Below, piece by piece: positions 10,401 through 19,059 of a stretch of DNA of 64,000 nt (position 1 is the first letter of the stretch; each line of letters begins with the position of its first letter). The position numbers were made by a program, and so were the translations under genes. Under the pieces are notes generated by a model that was given only the letters and a program-made list of their open reading frames with translations, made no database searches and was not told the origin of the DNA. The stretch lies in the IMG/VR virus record IMGVR_UViG_3300037153_000606. One strand, 5' to 3'. Origin of the DNA: a virus.

Positions 10401-11406
10401 CCGGACCTTCTTCAGCCGCGACCACGGCGAGGCGTTGCACTTCGCCCAGTCGCACCACGGTGATGACGCCGACGTGGTCACCGCCTACCTGCACCCGGAC
10501 CACATCGAGACCGACTCCGGCGGCGGGTGGTACCCCTCGGTGCAGGTCCGCGATGTGGCACACGCGATGGCGATCCGAGAGCCGAAGACCGCCGCGATGG
10601 TCGCCAAGGAATACGAGGGCGAGGTCGGCAACCGCAGCCACATCACCCGGGGCGAACGCGGTGAGCTGCCCATCGGCGCGGTGCAGCACATGCGCGGCGC
10701 ACGCGGGGAGCAGCCCGGCGAGCATCGCAACCGCATCGGCACGGACTGGGATGCGTTCAAGGACGACATCGCCCGCAACGGCATCAAGGAACCGATCTTC
10801 ATCACCGTCGACCACGGCCAGGAGCCGCAGCTGGCTGAGGGCAACCACCGCCGCGACGCCGCCGTCGAGCTGGGGATGACCCACATCCCGGCCGAGGTGC
10901 GTTACTTCGGCCACGCCGAGCACGAGGGCACCGTGGAGGAGCGTGCGGGACTGACCCGTCAGGCGGCCTCGTCCCGGCTGGAACGGGCCTGGGGATCGCA
11001 CGACCCGGGCACGCTGTTCGGGGATGCGCCGTCCACGTCGGCACCGTGGCCGCGTGCCGGGCGATTGAAGTCCCGACAGGACTACGACAAGGACCTGGTC
11101 CGTGAGGTGATCTCTGACCCGGAGCACCACCACATGGCCGAGATCGACCCGCGTGAGCTGCACGCCACCCAGCCGAGCATCACCCGGGCGGGCGTGGCAC
11201 ACTACCTGGGCGGCGACTACGAACGCACCGGTGAGACCTTCGCCGACAAACACAACCCCGGCAACCGCCGTCCCGTGGTGTACCGGCGCGAGGACGGGCA
11301 GAACCTGTTGTTGTCCGGGCACCACCGGGCTACGGCGGCACTGTTGCAGGGCCGCCCGCTGCGGGCGCTGGTGATCGATGGACCGTGGGGACCGGGGAGG
11401 GGATGA
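7453..11406 (+). CDS. polyvalent multi-domain protein: ART-like, RelE-like, nucleotidyltransferase, second ART-like, two ParB/Srx-like domains
   Basis: TLYHVTT..GLRS (ART); RMIHRY..LQIHTVGTH (RelE-like); FFGSEAS..ADFD (NTase); FFHGTS..GGF (ART); LAEGNHRRDAA and LLSGHHRATAA (ParB). Confidence 0.75.
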   Translation: MIRLAWADPGHRPEYEPLHEGASDDEASAHFDRQRAIKNDWQRGIRHGLSMGHLSEQEAKDRGYHPSGHETRGWQPLPHTLYHVTTNLPAVHEHGLRSRDELNQLQGKGLGGGESDTISYTEDPGTARDILHSMREFHDAVTGRTTPHQLMERARSGDMGSRPFEREMRESNAMNVDRVLRGKQHLDDSFTTQAEMDAKHGPGMTSPGPDSVAYDAPKGRVHNRWERDSTPDERQEDAAALYKHFSYWREHAGGHPDPLFFGTDVKGFAASDPAHHGIVKVHPKPGAQGYQMGSLGEWRSATGDNVEVDRSHDPHTAVQAALNEPGSREELIRHAEGTQDLYRPADGSSRPLCATHALHDEGWRRRMHEFARDVKLTDTELPEAPSMRGIGQGRCPACTEQQHELRRHAPQPQEFEKNRNRPGGAFHPEPNRYGDRGTSAPFTPLAPSLSTRENGSHERAAAGPPGLHTSDLGRGNIASRSGLRRSLDRDPAWFRLAQGEGSASGLPPIEDCDEHHPYILREHDSLDDDLEELPAWAERNYNDRAHLLLHGLEHSTTHLLTAGRMKNRGLYATSLTDNPKDNRFRMIHRYSGDRLQIHTVGTHRRTYQIGPGRADDFDRMSARVHPTQRIFGPTFGLDTRLWDGEKLRPEVRADLLHDFTRFCAAHGYRDWHRWAKVHFFGSEASEWTSPELFGNADFDTNVGIDFPAFRKANPTYAHLHNADIALMFTHQMQQELNDPADTFPGVPGVWDHTWFSNPDSWDIRKIRPYAAYDVTANEWVVKPPHLPEWSWASFPPAVRKALDAAASYAKDVLRLPEPQRTQQGAALFDAWHSDRTRAFSPHGEGWWDFANIREKFLDQLGIWKQLVDAKHHDMAGEAMSPADWSNLPFGMTAATDRWPPYLTERADEYGDVYPANESRHNPRGPVGTLEDAQQAGLVGPFFHGTSKRRGREIRAGGFRQPRLHNWEMANAGTAEEVDVGNTHRTFFSRDHGEALHFAQSHHGDDADVVTAYLHPDHIETDSGGGWYPSVQVRDVAHAMAIREPKTAAMVAKEYEGEVGNRSHITRGERGELPIGAVQHMRGARGEQPGEHRNRIGTDWDAFKDDIARNGIKEPIFITVDHGQEPQLAEGNHRRDAAVELGMTHIPAEVRYFGHAEHEGTVEERAGLTRQAASSRLERAWGSHDPGTLFGDAPSTSAPWPRAGRLKSRQDYDKDLVREVISDPEHHHMAEIDPRELHATQPSITRAGVAHYLGGDYERTGETFADKHNPGNRRPVVYRREDGQNLLLSGHHRATAALLQGRPLRALVIDGPWGPGRG
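8822..9013 (+). CDS. nested +1-frame ORF, candidate antitoxin 1
   Basis: MSELPPDHPDYIHP, paralogous to the 43296 ORF; ends at the start of a RelE-like domain. Confidence 0.6.
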   Translation: MSELPPDHPDYIHPTWEEEILRRDQDSDDHWIETPRGSDWRKAREARRASRRSKTATSTIPTS

Positions 11407-11654
11407 CGGTGGCCGAGACGCACTGGATCACGCCGTCGTTGCTCCTGGGCCGGGTTCCGGCCGGGATGCCGAGCGCGACCCGGGTGTCCTCACCGACCCA
11501 GGCGCTCGCCGCCATCTCGGCGGGGAAGATCGCGGTGTTGCCCGCCGGGGACTGGGACGGGGCGAAGAACGTGTTGCAGTGGCTCGGCCTGCCGCCGGAG
11601 ATGATCCACGATCGGCTCACCTTCGCCAGCACCGGCTACATTCCCGGGAGGTGA
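11403..11654 (+). CDS. hypothetical protein
   Basis: ATGA overlap with polyvalent gene. Confidence 0.55.
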   Translation: MTVAETHWITPSLLLGRVPAGMPSATRVSSPTQALAAISAGKIAVLPAGDWDGAKNVLQWLGLPPEMIHDRLTFASTGYIPGR

Positions 11655-11824
11655 AATGGCGGCCGGACGCGGCCCCGCAGCATCCGGCCACCCGACGCGA
11701 GAAGGCCCGCGCGCTGGCCGAGTGGTGCTGGATCGCGGTCTCTATCGTCATCGCGATCGGCGTCGGGCTGATCTTCCTGACGGTCTGCGCGTTGATCGTG
11801 TGGGTACTGGCGCACCGGCTCTAG
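11651..11824 (+). CDS. small membrane protein
   Basis: GTGA overlap; long hydrophobic C-terminal segment. Confidence 0.45.
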   Translation: MKWRPDAAPQHPATRREKARALAEWCWIAVSIVIAIGVGLIFLTVCALIVWVLAHRL

Positions 11825-12816
11825 CGGACCAGCGCGTTGACCTTGGGTCGGATGATCAGCGGGGCGTTCTCCGGCCCCCGGATGTACTCGTGGATGTAGA
11901 CCGAGCGTTGGTAGCGCTCCTCGCCCTGCTTGCCGCACCAGACCTTGCGCCAGTGCCCCCGGGTGAGGGTGCGGTAGCTCAGCGGCGTGCCGGTACCGGT
12001 GGCGTGCGACCTGCGCCGCCGCAGTGCGATCACGGTCACCCGGGTCGGTACCTGGTGTTTGAGCGCGCGGCGCTTGAACGGGCGCGGGTGGTCATCAACC
12101 TTCTCTACCTCGGCCAGGGTCTGCTGCATCAACCGCCAGATGGCCAGCAGCAGCCGCATGATCGGCATCGGCATCAGGATCGGGGCCACGCCCACCGCGT
12201 GGTCGGACATCATCGCCCGGGTGCCGTCCGGGCGAGTCACCCAGTTCACCTTCGCCGAAGACGGCAACACCCCGGAAGGGAACCGTACGGTCTGCGGGAT
12301 CGACTCGCCGAAATGGAACCCGCCGGTCAGGTTCACGTCCCAGCGGCCCACCTGGGACACCTGGATCATCTTTTCCGGATCCTCGCGGATCTCCCGGGAG
12401 ATCTCGTCTTCCGGGTCGAGCCGGTCGGTCAGGCACCAGAACCGCTCGTTCGTCCACAGCACCGCGTGCACGACCATCACCCGGCCGCGCAGCTCGATCT
12501 CGCGGAAGCGTTCCGGCAGGTAGATGAAGCCCACCTCGGCGGGCTGGTCCTCCTTGAGGATCACCTCGTCGGTCGGGAAGTCCTCGGCCGCCAGCATGGC
12601 CAGGTTCTGCATGTCCGGTGACACGTAGAACGTCTCGGCCATCCGCAGCGCCTGGTCGAAGGAGGCCGCGTTGAACTGCGTCTTCGCCAGCGGCCAGCGC
12701 TTCGGGTCCTCCTCGTACTGCGCCTCGGCGTAGAAGTCGAGCACTCCCCGGAACAGCGTGTTGTCCAACTGTTCGGTGACCTGTGTGCGCACGTTGAGCG
12801 CGTCGGCGGGGGGCAT
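11821..12816 (-). CDS. hypothetical phage protein
   Basis: C-terminal RGHWR...YIRGP motif typical of phage proteins. Confidence 0.7.
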   Translation of the reverse strand: MPPADALNVRTQVTEQLDNTLFRGVLDFYAEAQYEEDPKRWPLAKTQFNAASFDQALRMAETFYVSPDMQNLAMLAAEDFPTDEVILKEDQPAEVGFIYLPERFREIELRGRVMVVHAVLWTNERFWCLTDRLDPEDEISREIREDPEKMIQVSQVGRWDVNLTGGFHFGESIPQTVRFPSGVLPSSAKVNWVTRPDGTRAMMSDHAVGVAPILMPMPIMRLLLAIWRLMQQTLAEVEKVDDHPRPFKRRALKHQVPTRVTVIALRRRRSHATGTGTPLSYRTLTRGHWRKVWCGKQGEERYQRSVYIHEYIRGPENAPLIIRPKVNALVR

Positions 12817-13010
12817 CAGTGTGGCCCGTGTGCGTCAGGGTCGTTGACGTGGGCCTGGAAGTACTCCAGCGACGTGTTCACGTAGCCGCCGAGGACTTCG
12901 ACCATCTCGGCCAAGGTGGCGTTCTGCCGTGCGATCGTGCGCAGCCGTTCGTCCATCGCGGCGATCAATTGGTCGACCCGGGCGAAACGCTCTTCGATCT
13001 CGTCGGTCAT
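12816..13010 (-). CDS. small coiled-coil protein
   Basis: coupled to both neighbours. Confidence 0.55.
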   Translation of the reverse strand: MTDEIEERFARVDQLIAAMDERLRTIARQNATLAEMVEVLGGYVNTSLEYFQAHVNDPDAHGPH

Positions 13011-13657
13011 GAACGCACCTCGAATCCCTTGGCACGGGCCGCTTCCTCAGACCAGGGCAAGTGGAACTTCTTGGCACAAACCGGTCCATAGTTCATGGCG
13101 ACCGAGACCGCGTCCTCCAGGCCCCGGTAGCAGAACCCGCACATGCCGTACTGGTATTCGATCTTGTCCTGGTCGGACATCAGCCACGACTTCTGGACCT
13201 GTGGCTCGGCCCGGTAGGCGGAGAGCGCCTGGCGGGACTGGAACGCGTTGTACCGCTTCCAGGTGCCCTTCTCGATCTTGCCGTCGGTGGTTAGGCGACG
13301 CCGGGTGGCGGTCTTGGAGTACTTCGAGACGATCATGTCCCAGCCCTGTTGGCGCAGCCGGTACAGCTCGCCAGTCTCCGGGTTGCGGTACAGCCCCTCC
13401 TCGGTCGGGACGAGCGCCTTGCGCGCCTCGCGGGCGTCCTGCTCGGCGTTCCGGTCGTCCTCGGAGCGGCGCTTGGCCAGTGTCGGGGTGGCCTTGAGCG
13501 AGGTGAGCACGCGGTCGAAGTCCTCGCGCGAGGCGATGGTGAACCAGGCCTTGCGGTACGGCGCGCGACCGGCGTCGTCATCGGCGGCGAAGCGCTCTTC
13601 GACCATCGCGGTGAACAAGTTGATCTGGTTCTCGGTCAGGAAGCGGTGGGTGGTCAT
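13007..13657 (-). CDS. DUF6011-like protein
   Basis: C-terminal CGFCYRGLEDAVSVAMNYGPVC; conserved leader cassette upstream. Confidence 0.7.
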   Translation of the reverse strand: MTTHRFLTENQINLFTAMVEERFAADDDAGRAPYRKAWFTIASREDFDRVLTSLKATPTLAKRRSEDDRNAEQDAREARKALVPTEEGLYRNPETGELYRLRQQGWDMIVSKYSKTATRRRLTTDGKIEKGTWKRYNAFQSRQALSAYRAEPQVQKSWLMSDQDKIEYQYGMCGFCYRGLEDAVSVAMNYGPVCAKKFHLPWSEEAARAKGFEVRS

Positions 13658-13725
13658 GAGGTGGCTCCTCGTAGTAGGTGGTTCGTTGGTAGTAACGATA
13701 CACCCTGAAATGCCAACTCGCAAAA
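13658..13725 (-). promoter_or_regulatory. promoter/leader cassette (GAGTTG box, -10 TATCGT, AACGAACCACC..TACGAGGAGCCAC)
   Basis: near-identical leader found at 16758, 17761, 31608 and 32098. Confidence 0.65.
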
Positions 13726-13744
13726 TGAGGACTCAGAGATGGAA

Positions 13745-13787
13745 GGCGGCGACCCGTCCGGGAGGTCACCACGGACGGGTCGCCGCC
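13745..13787. terminator. 16-bp GC hairpin, probable terminator
   Basis: perfect inverted repeat GGCGGCGACCCGTCCG / CGGACGGGTCGCCGCC. Confidence 0.6.
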
Positions 13788-13801
13788 GGTCTGGGATCAG
13801 A

Positions 13802-14473
13802 TCAGGACAGCTCGTTCAGCCGCGCCGTCGCCGCCTCGATGTGCGGCCTCGCCAGGTTCACGTTGCGGGTGCTGGCCCTGATCGCCGCGACGTTGTCCAG
13901 AGAGATGTGTTGGCACTGCACCGCAGAGCGACGCAGGTAGGTGTCCATCAGCCGCGCCTCCCGGTTCAGCACCGTGTCCGGCGCGGGGAGCACGTCGTCG
14001 ATGGTCGCCACGTCCGACTGCAACGAGGCACAGTCCGCGTGCATCTGCTCGATGTCCACGTTCGTCGCGTCGGTCTGGATGGAACCCAGGTCCGAGGCGA
14101 CGTTGCGCATGAGCGTCACCATGTCGTTGTCGGTGATCCATTGCCGTACGGCTTCGGCCGGGTCGGTGGTGGGATCCGGCTCGGGAGTCTCCGTGGTCGG
14201 GTCCGGGGCCGGAGCGTTGTCGGTCGCGGCGGTCGAGAAGTCGGACGAGGACGGTTCCTTGCCGACCACGACTCCCTTCTGTCCGGTCACGGCCACCGCG
14301 ATGCCGATCGCCGTGGCGACCAGCAAGACCGCTGCCACCACGATCAGTGCGATCAGCTTGCCCCGGGAGTGCGAGGGTGGTGTCGGTGGGGCGCTGTACG
14401 CCAGGGGTGACGGCGGGACGGCGACGTACTCGGGCTCGTGCTGCTCGGGCTGGTTGTCGATCGTGTTGGTCAT
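13802..14473 (-). CDS. membrane-anchored exported protein
   Basis: TM helix LIALIVVAAVLLVATAIGIAVAV followed by a P/T/D linker. Confidence 0.65.
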   Translation of the reverse strand: MTNTIDNQPEQHEPEYVAVPPSPLAYSAPPTPPSHSRGKLIALIVVAAVLLVATAIGIAVAVTGQKGVVVGKEPSSSDFSTAATDNAPAPDPTTETPEPDPTTDPAEAVRQWITDNDMVTLMRNVASDLGSIQTDATNVDIEQMHADCASLQSDVATIDDVLPAPDTVLNREARLMDTYLRRSAVQCQHISLDNVAAIRASTRNVNLARPHIEAATARLNELS

Positions 14474-14475
14474 GA

Positions 14476-15162
14476 CTACTTCCAACCCGAGTAAGTGATC
14501 TTGACGGCCCATCGGCAGTCGTCCTGAGTGCCGATGTCGAGGTAACCCGTTCGAGCACCATAGTGGCCATACATCGCACCGTTGCCATTGCGCGTGGCGA
14601 AGAGATATTCCTGCTGATATCCGCCCGACATCCATTCGACGCTGAGGAAGGGTGAGTAGTCATCCGGTGCGCAAGAAAGACTGTAGGACATCGTGTAGTC
14701 CTGGACTGGGATGTAGAACGATGGGCTCTGCCATTCTGAGCTGGAGGAAGAGTAGGACCGGAGCGTGATCGACTGTGGGATCTGTACCGTCACGTTCAAA
14801 GTGCGCGAGACGGCACGTGTATGACCCCTCATTGCCGGGTCGTAGACCCGGTAGTGGACGATGCCGTGACCGCCGGGCTTGGTGGTGAACGAGTACCGCG
14901 AGGAGTAGTTGAGCACGCGGGAACCGATGTTGCGCCAGCCGGTGGAGCTGGCCCACTGCAGGTAGACCCGGTGGCCGTAGGCCTTGGGAGACACCTTGCC
15001 GGAGATGGTGACGCTCGACTTGGCGTGGATCACCGAATGCGAGACGGTGGCCGAGACGTGCGGGTGGATCTTGTGAGTGGCGGCCGAGGCAGCCGTCGGG
15101 GCGGCCAGGGCGATCGCCCCTGCGGCGAGAGATGCCGCCGAGACGATGAGGATGCGTTTCAT
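14476..15162 (-). CDS. secreted Ig-like protein
   Basis: signal peptide MKRILIVSAASLAAGAIALAAPTAASA; AAGGAG RBS. Confidence 0.7.
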   Translation of the reverse strand: MKRILIVSAASLAAGAIALAAPTAASAATHKIHPHVSATVSHSVIHAKSSVTISGKVSPKAYGHRVYLQWASSTGWRNIGSRVLNYSSRYSFTTKPGGHGIVHYRVYDPAMRGHTRAVSRTLNVTVQIPQSITLRSYSSSSSEWQSPSFYIPVQDYTMSYSLSCAPDDYSPFLSVEWMSGGYQQEYLFATRNGNGAMYGHYGARTGYLDIGTQDDCRWAVKITYSGWK

Positions 15163-15218
15163 GGTGAGTTGCTCCTTGGTACGTAGATGGGTGGTACGTG
15201 ATGGGTAATGCCGGTTGA

Positions 15219-17640
15219 TCAGTGTGCACCACCGGCCCAGATCGACCAACCCGGGATGGCGGCGACCGGAGACTCGCCGGACTCCAGCGCGGTGGCCAGG
15301 TCCTGTGCGGCCCGGTGGTCGGCCCCGAAGATGAGCTGGTGACCGCTTTCGTCGGTCCCGCTGAAGAGCACCACGCTGCCCTCGTCCTGGACCAGCTCGG
15401 TGACGGTGACCACGATGTATTCCTCGCTCACTCTTCCTCCTCGTAACCGTCGAAGAATGGACCATGCGCTTCGGCGTGGGCCAGCAGCTTCGGATCAGTG
15501 GCGGTCGAGCTAGAGGTCTCCGGATCCTGACAGTGTGCCTGGGCCTCGTCCAGGGTCAGGCCCTCGTCGATCACGGTGCGGTTCAGTTCGTCGTCGTCGC
15601 GGTAGAACCGGACGATGCGGTAGGTGCTCATGTCAGTAATCCCATCCTTCGTAAGTGCGGGCGATGTCTTGCAGGATCCCGGAGGCGGCCTTCGCGGCCT
15701 CCTCGACGGTGTCGAATGCACCGCCTTCGTCCTCGCGGGAGAGTCCGTGATCGGGGGCCCAGGCCCGGACCCAGATCTGGAACGGGTGGGCCTCGGTCGG
15801 CCAGTGCTCGATCTCGACGGCCTCTTGGTAACCCCCGGTGGGGACGGAGAACCAGGTCTCGTCCCGATCGGTGACGATCTCGCCCGCGCCATCGAGCAGT
15901 CCGGGCAGCGGGGCGAGTGCGTTAGCGGCGGTCATGACTGCATCGCCTTGCGGACGTAGTCGTAGGCACACGGGCAGATACGCGCGTACGGGTCGCCCGG
16001 TTGGGTGAGCAGGACGACCAGCTGAGGGCGGTCGACCTGGACCGGGTGGGTGTTCTTCGGCTGGCCGTTGCCCGAGCACCTGCGCCGCAGGTGCAGGCGG
16101 CCGGACGGTGACTGCCAGAGCACCAGCGGGAGCTGGGGGAGTCGCGGAGCGTTCATCAGTCACACCACCAACAGGCGTGCTGGCCCTGGGGGACCAGCAT
16201 CGTTTTGCAGATGCGGCACGCTTGCACGCGCTTGGCGGCCTTGAGCGCGGCGGCCTGCTCGTGCAAGCCGTCGGCTTCCAGCGTCTCGATGGCTTCGGCG
16301 CGGGTCATCGGACACCCGCGATGTCCAGCGCCGATTCGCCCGAGTCCAGGCGACCAGCGATATTGGCGTCGTGCGAAGCCCAGTTCTCGACCATGGCCTC
16401 CAGGCGCTCTTCGGCCTGCTGGCGGGCCGAGCCGTAGGTCAGGTGCTGGTGGCCGCCGTCGCGGCAGAACCAGCCCTCAGCCAGATCGCCGTCCACGGCG
16501 AAGATGGGTGAACCGCACTCGACGACGGTGTAGACGTCGGCCGGGCTGTCCGGGTACCAGTCCGCCTCCGGCGGGTACAGCGAGGCGGTGGGCACCTGGA
16601 CCAGCCAGTGGCAGGTGCCGATGGACTGGCCGTATTTGCGCTCGAAGTCGAACTTGCGCGCGTAGCAGGCACGGACCTCGGCGACGGTGCCGTGCTTGGC
16701 CTCGCAGCCCATCGCGCGGCCCAGGGACTGGGTGCAGTTTCCGCAGGTGATGCTCATGAGTGTGGCTCCTCAGTAAGGGGTGGTTCGTTAGGTACGACAG
16801 TACAGGACAACTCCAGTAATGACAACTCGGGTTGTGTTCGTCACAGATTTCCTTACCGGTTCAGCCAGCTGAGTACGTACGCGGCGACGTCGGTGTCGCT
16901 TTGCACTAGCGCGCCGTGCCCGTTGTCCTTGCGGCCGGGACGGATCCCCTGGGCCACCACGACCGCGTTCAGCGTCTGGTACGGGTCCGTGTCCGGGTGC
17001 TCGGTGAGCGCCTGGTCCATCTCGACGGCCTTGTCCAACCGCGTCCGGGAGCCGAGCGCGCTCAACGCCATGGCGATGGTCTGGGCACGCGGAGTCAGTT
17101 CGAAGAAGGTCAGTTCGGTCATGACGACAGCCCTGCCTTCCTGGCCGCCTTCTCCGAGGCAGCCGTCCAGCCCAGCTGGCGCAGGTCGAGCATGGTGGGC
17201 TCACCGCCGACGACCTCGAAGACCACCACGTGGGGGCGGCCGTCGGCCTCCTTGTGGGCGGTGAGCGCCGAGTCGGTGCGCTTGTCCACGTGCGCGAATT
17301 GCTGCGGCGTGTCGAAGCGGTCGTACTCGCGGGTGGCGTGGTTGTACTTCGTCTTGGTCGCGCCGTAGTGCACCACGAAGTACCGCTTGGAGTTGACGGT
17401 GCGGACGGTGGCCCCGTTCGGGGCGGTCAGCTTGACGGTTCTGCGGGACATGGCTCCTCAGTTCTCGGTGGCGAAGGTGAACGTGCCGACGGTGTTGCCG
17501 TTGACGTCGTGCACACCGCCCTGGGTGATCCCGCCGTCGAGCCGGTCGGCCAGCTCGCGCAGGATGCGGGCGATCTCCGGGCGGGGGTCGTCGTCGAATG
17601 CGGCGTTGGTGCAGTTGATGGTCAGTGCGAAACGATCCAT
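15219..17640 (-). other. cluster of about 9 small accessory genes (15219-15431, 15428-15631, 15633-15935, 15932-16156, ~16156-16308, 16305-16757, 16853-17122, 17119-17451, 17458-17640)
   Basis: tightly coupled short ORFs with ATGA overlaps and GGAG RBSs. Confidence 0.65.
16758..16834 (-). promoter_or_regulatory. promoter cassette GAGTTGTCATTAC..GAGTTGT..TACTGT plus conserved leader
   Basis: reverse complement nearly matches 32056-32127. Confidence 0.7.
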
Positions 17641-17794
17641 GGTGGCTCCTTGTCGAGGTGGTGCGGGAGACCACTGTAGCATGACAGCTCGTGAATCACG
17701 CAACCCGAAATTGATAGCTCTCGATTAGATGCCTCGCGAAGCGACGTGCTATAGTAGAGCTACAACGAACCACCGCCTACGAGGAGCCACACTC
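17641..17794. promoter_or_regulatory. divergent sigma-A-like promoters
   Basis: -10 TATAGT (plus strand) and TACAGT (minus strand) between divergent genes; conserved leader at 17761. Confidence 0.55.
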
Positions 17795-18640
17795 ATGGAC
17801 ATCACCACCGCCACTCCGGCCGAGATCGACGCCGTCATCTTCGCCAACCTGCAGACCGTCTGGGCCGCCCGGGACTTCATCGTCCGGCTCACCGAGCAGG
17901 CGCACCGTGAGGCCGGGGACCGTAAGCAGTGGATCGGCCGCCAGGCCCGTTGGACCATGTCCGACGAGCAGGCCTGGGTCGCCGTCGACAGTGCCAAGCT
18001 CATCGCCGAGCGCGACGGCGCGCAGGCCGAGTATGAAGAGGCCTACAAGGTCATTCGCAGCCTGGACGCCGAGTACCTGCGCCGGGGTGGCTGGACCCGC
18101 GCCTATCTGGTGGACAACGCCGACGGGCACGTGCACAACACCGAGCGGTGCAGCTCGTTCCGGATGAACACCCGCTACCACTGGCTGACCGAGCAGTCCG
18201 GCAAGCCCGAGGCCGAGATCGTCGAGCTGGCGGGCGAGCGGGCCTGCACCATCTGCTACCCGTCCGCACCGGTCGACGTGCTCAGCCGCCCCTCGAAGCT
18301 TGAGGGCCCGGCCCAGGCCGCCGCCCGTGAGGCCGCCGAGGTGCGCAAGACCGAGAAGGCCGCCCGGGACGCGAAGAAGGCCGAGAAGGCGATCGCCAAC
18401 CCGGACGGTTCGCCGCTCAAGGGCAAGTACGGCCCGCTCAACACCGTGGTCAGCGCGTGGAGCGAGCTGGTCACCAACGTCTTCGACGCCCGCTACTACG
18501 GCTACCACTTCGACGCGCCGCTGCAGGACCGGATCCTGTCCGCGCTGGTGGCCAAGACCGGCCAGCCGGTCGAGGAGATCGTGGCCACGATGGAGTCCAA
18601 GGTCGCCGCCAAGGCCCGTCGGGAGAAGGTGAGCCGCTGA
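17795..18640 (+). CDS. hypothetical actinophage protein
   Basis: GGWTRAYLV..GHVH..CS..ACTIC motif; strong RBS. Confidence 0.7.
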   Translation: MDITTATPAEIDAVIFANLQTVWAARDFIVRLTEQAHREAGDRKQWIGRQARWTMSDEQAWVAVDSAKLIAERDGAQAEYEEAYKVIRSLDAEYLRRGGWTRAYLVDNADGHVHNTERCSSFRMNTRYHWLTEQSGKPEAEIVELAGERACTICYPSAPVDVLSRPSKLEGPAQAAAREAAEVRKTEKAARDAKKAEKAIANPDGSPLKGKYGPLNTVVSAWSELVTNVFDARYYGYHFDAPLQDRILSALVAKTGQPVEEIVATMESKVAAKARREKVSR

Positions 18641-18821
18641 CCCCCGGCCTCCGGTCGCTGGGCGATCCAGTGTCCGGAGGTCCGGACGCCACCGGAACTT
18701 GTCGGAGGAGGCGGGTAGCGTCTGCCATATGCCACCGACGACAACTCAGCTTGAGACAACTCAGGAGCCCGTGATAGGGTTCCGAACATCACGTAGTACC
18801 ACTCACGTCAGGAGCCACGAC

Positions 18822-19022
18822 ATGCCCAACCGGCACAATGAGTACGGCGAGACCTACGAGCAGCTCCGCGCCCGGGTGAACGACCAGGCCGACCGGATCG
18901 CCAGCCTGCTCGACATCGACCCGGAGCGGGTGGCGACCGTCATCTCGGCTGACTCCTCCGGCGTCGTGCTACTGCCCTCGGTGGCCGATCTGGTCATCGC
19001 CAAGCTTGCTCAGGCCGACTGA
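18822..19022 (+). CDS. hypothetical protein
   Basis: AGGAGCCAC RBS. Confidence 0.55.
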   Translation: MPNRHNEYGETYEQLRARVNDQADRIASLLDIDPERVATVISADSSGVVLLPSVADLVIAKLAQAD

Positions 19023-19059
19023 GCGCCCTACGAACCATTCTTACGAAGGAGCCACACCA

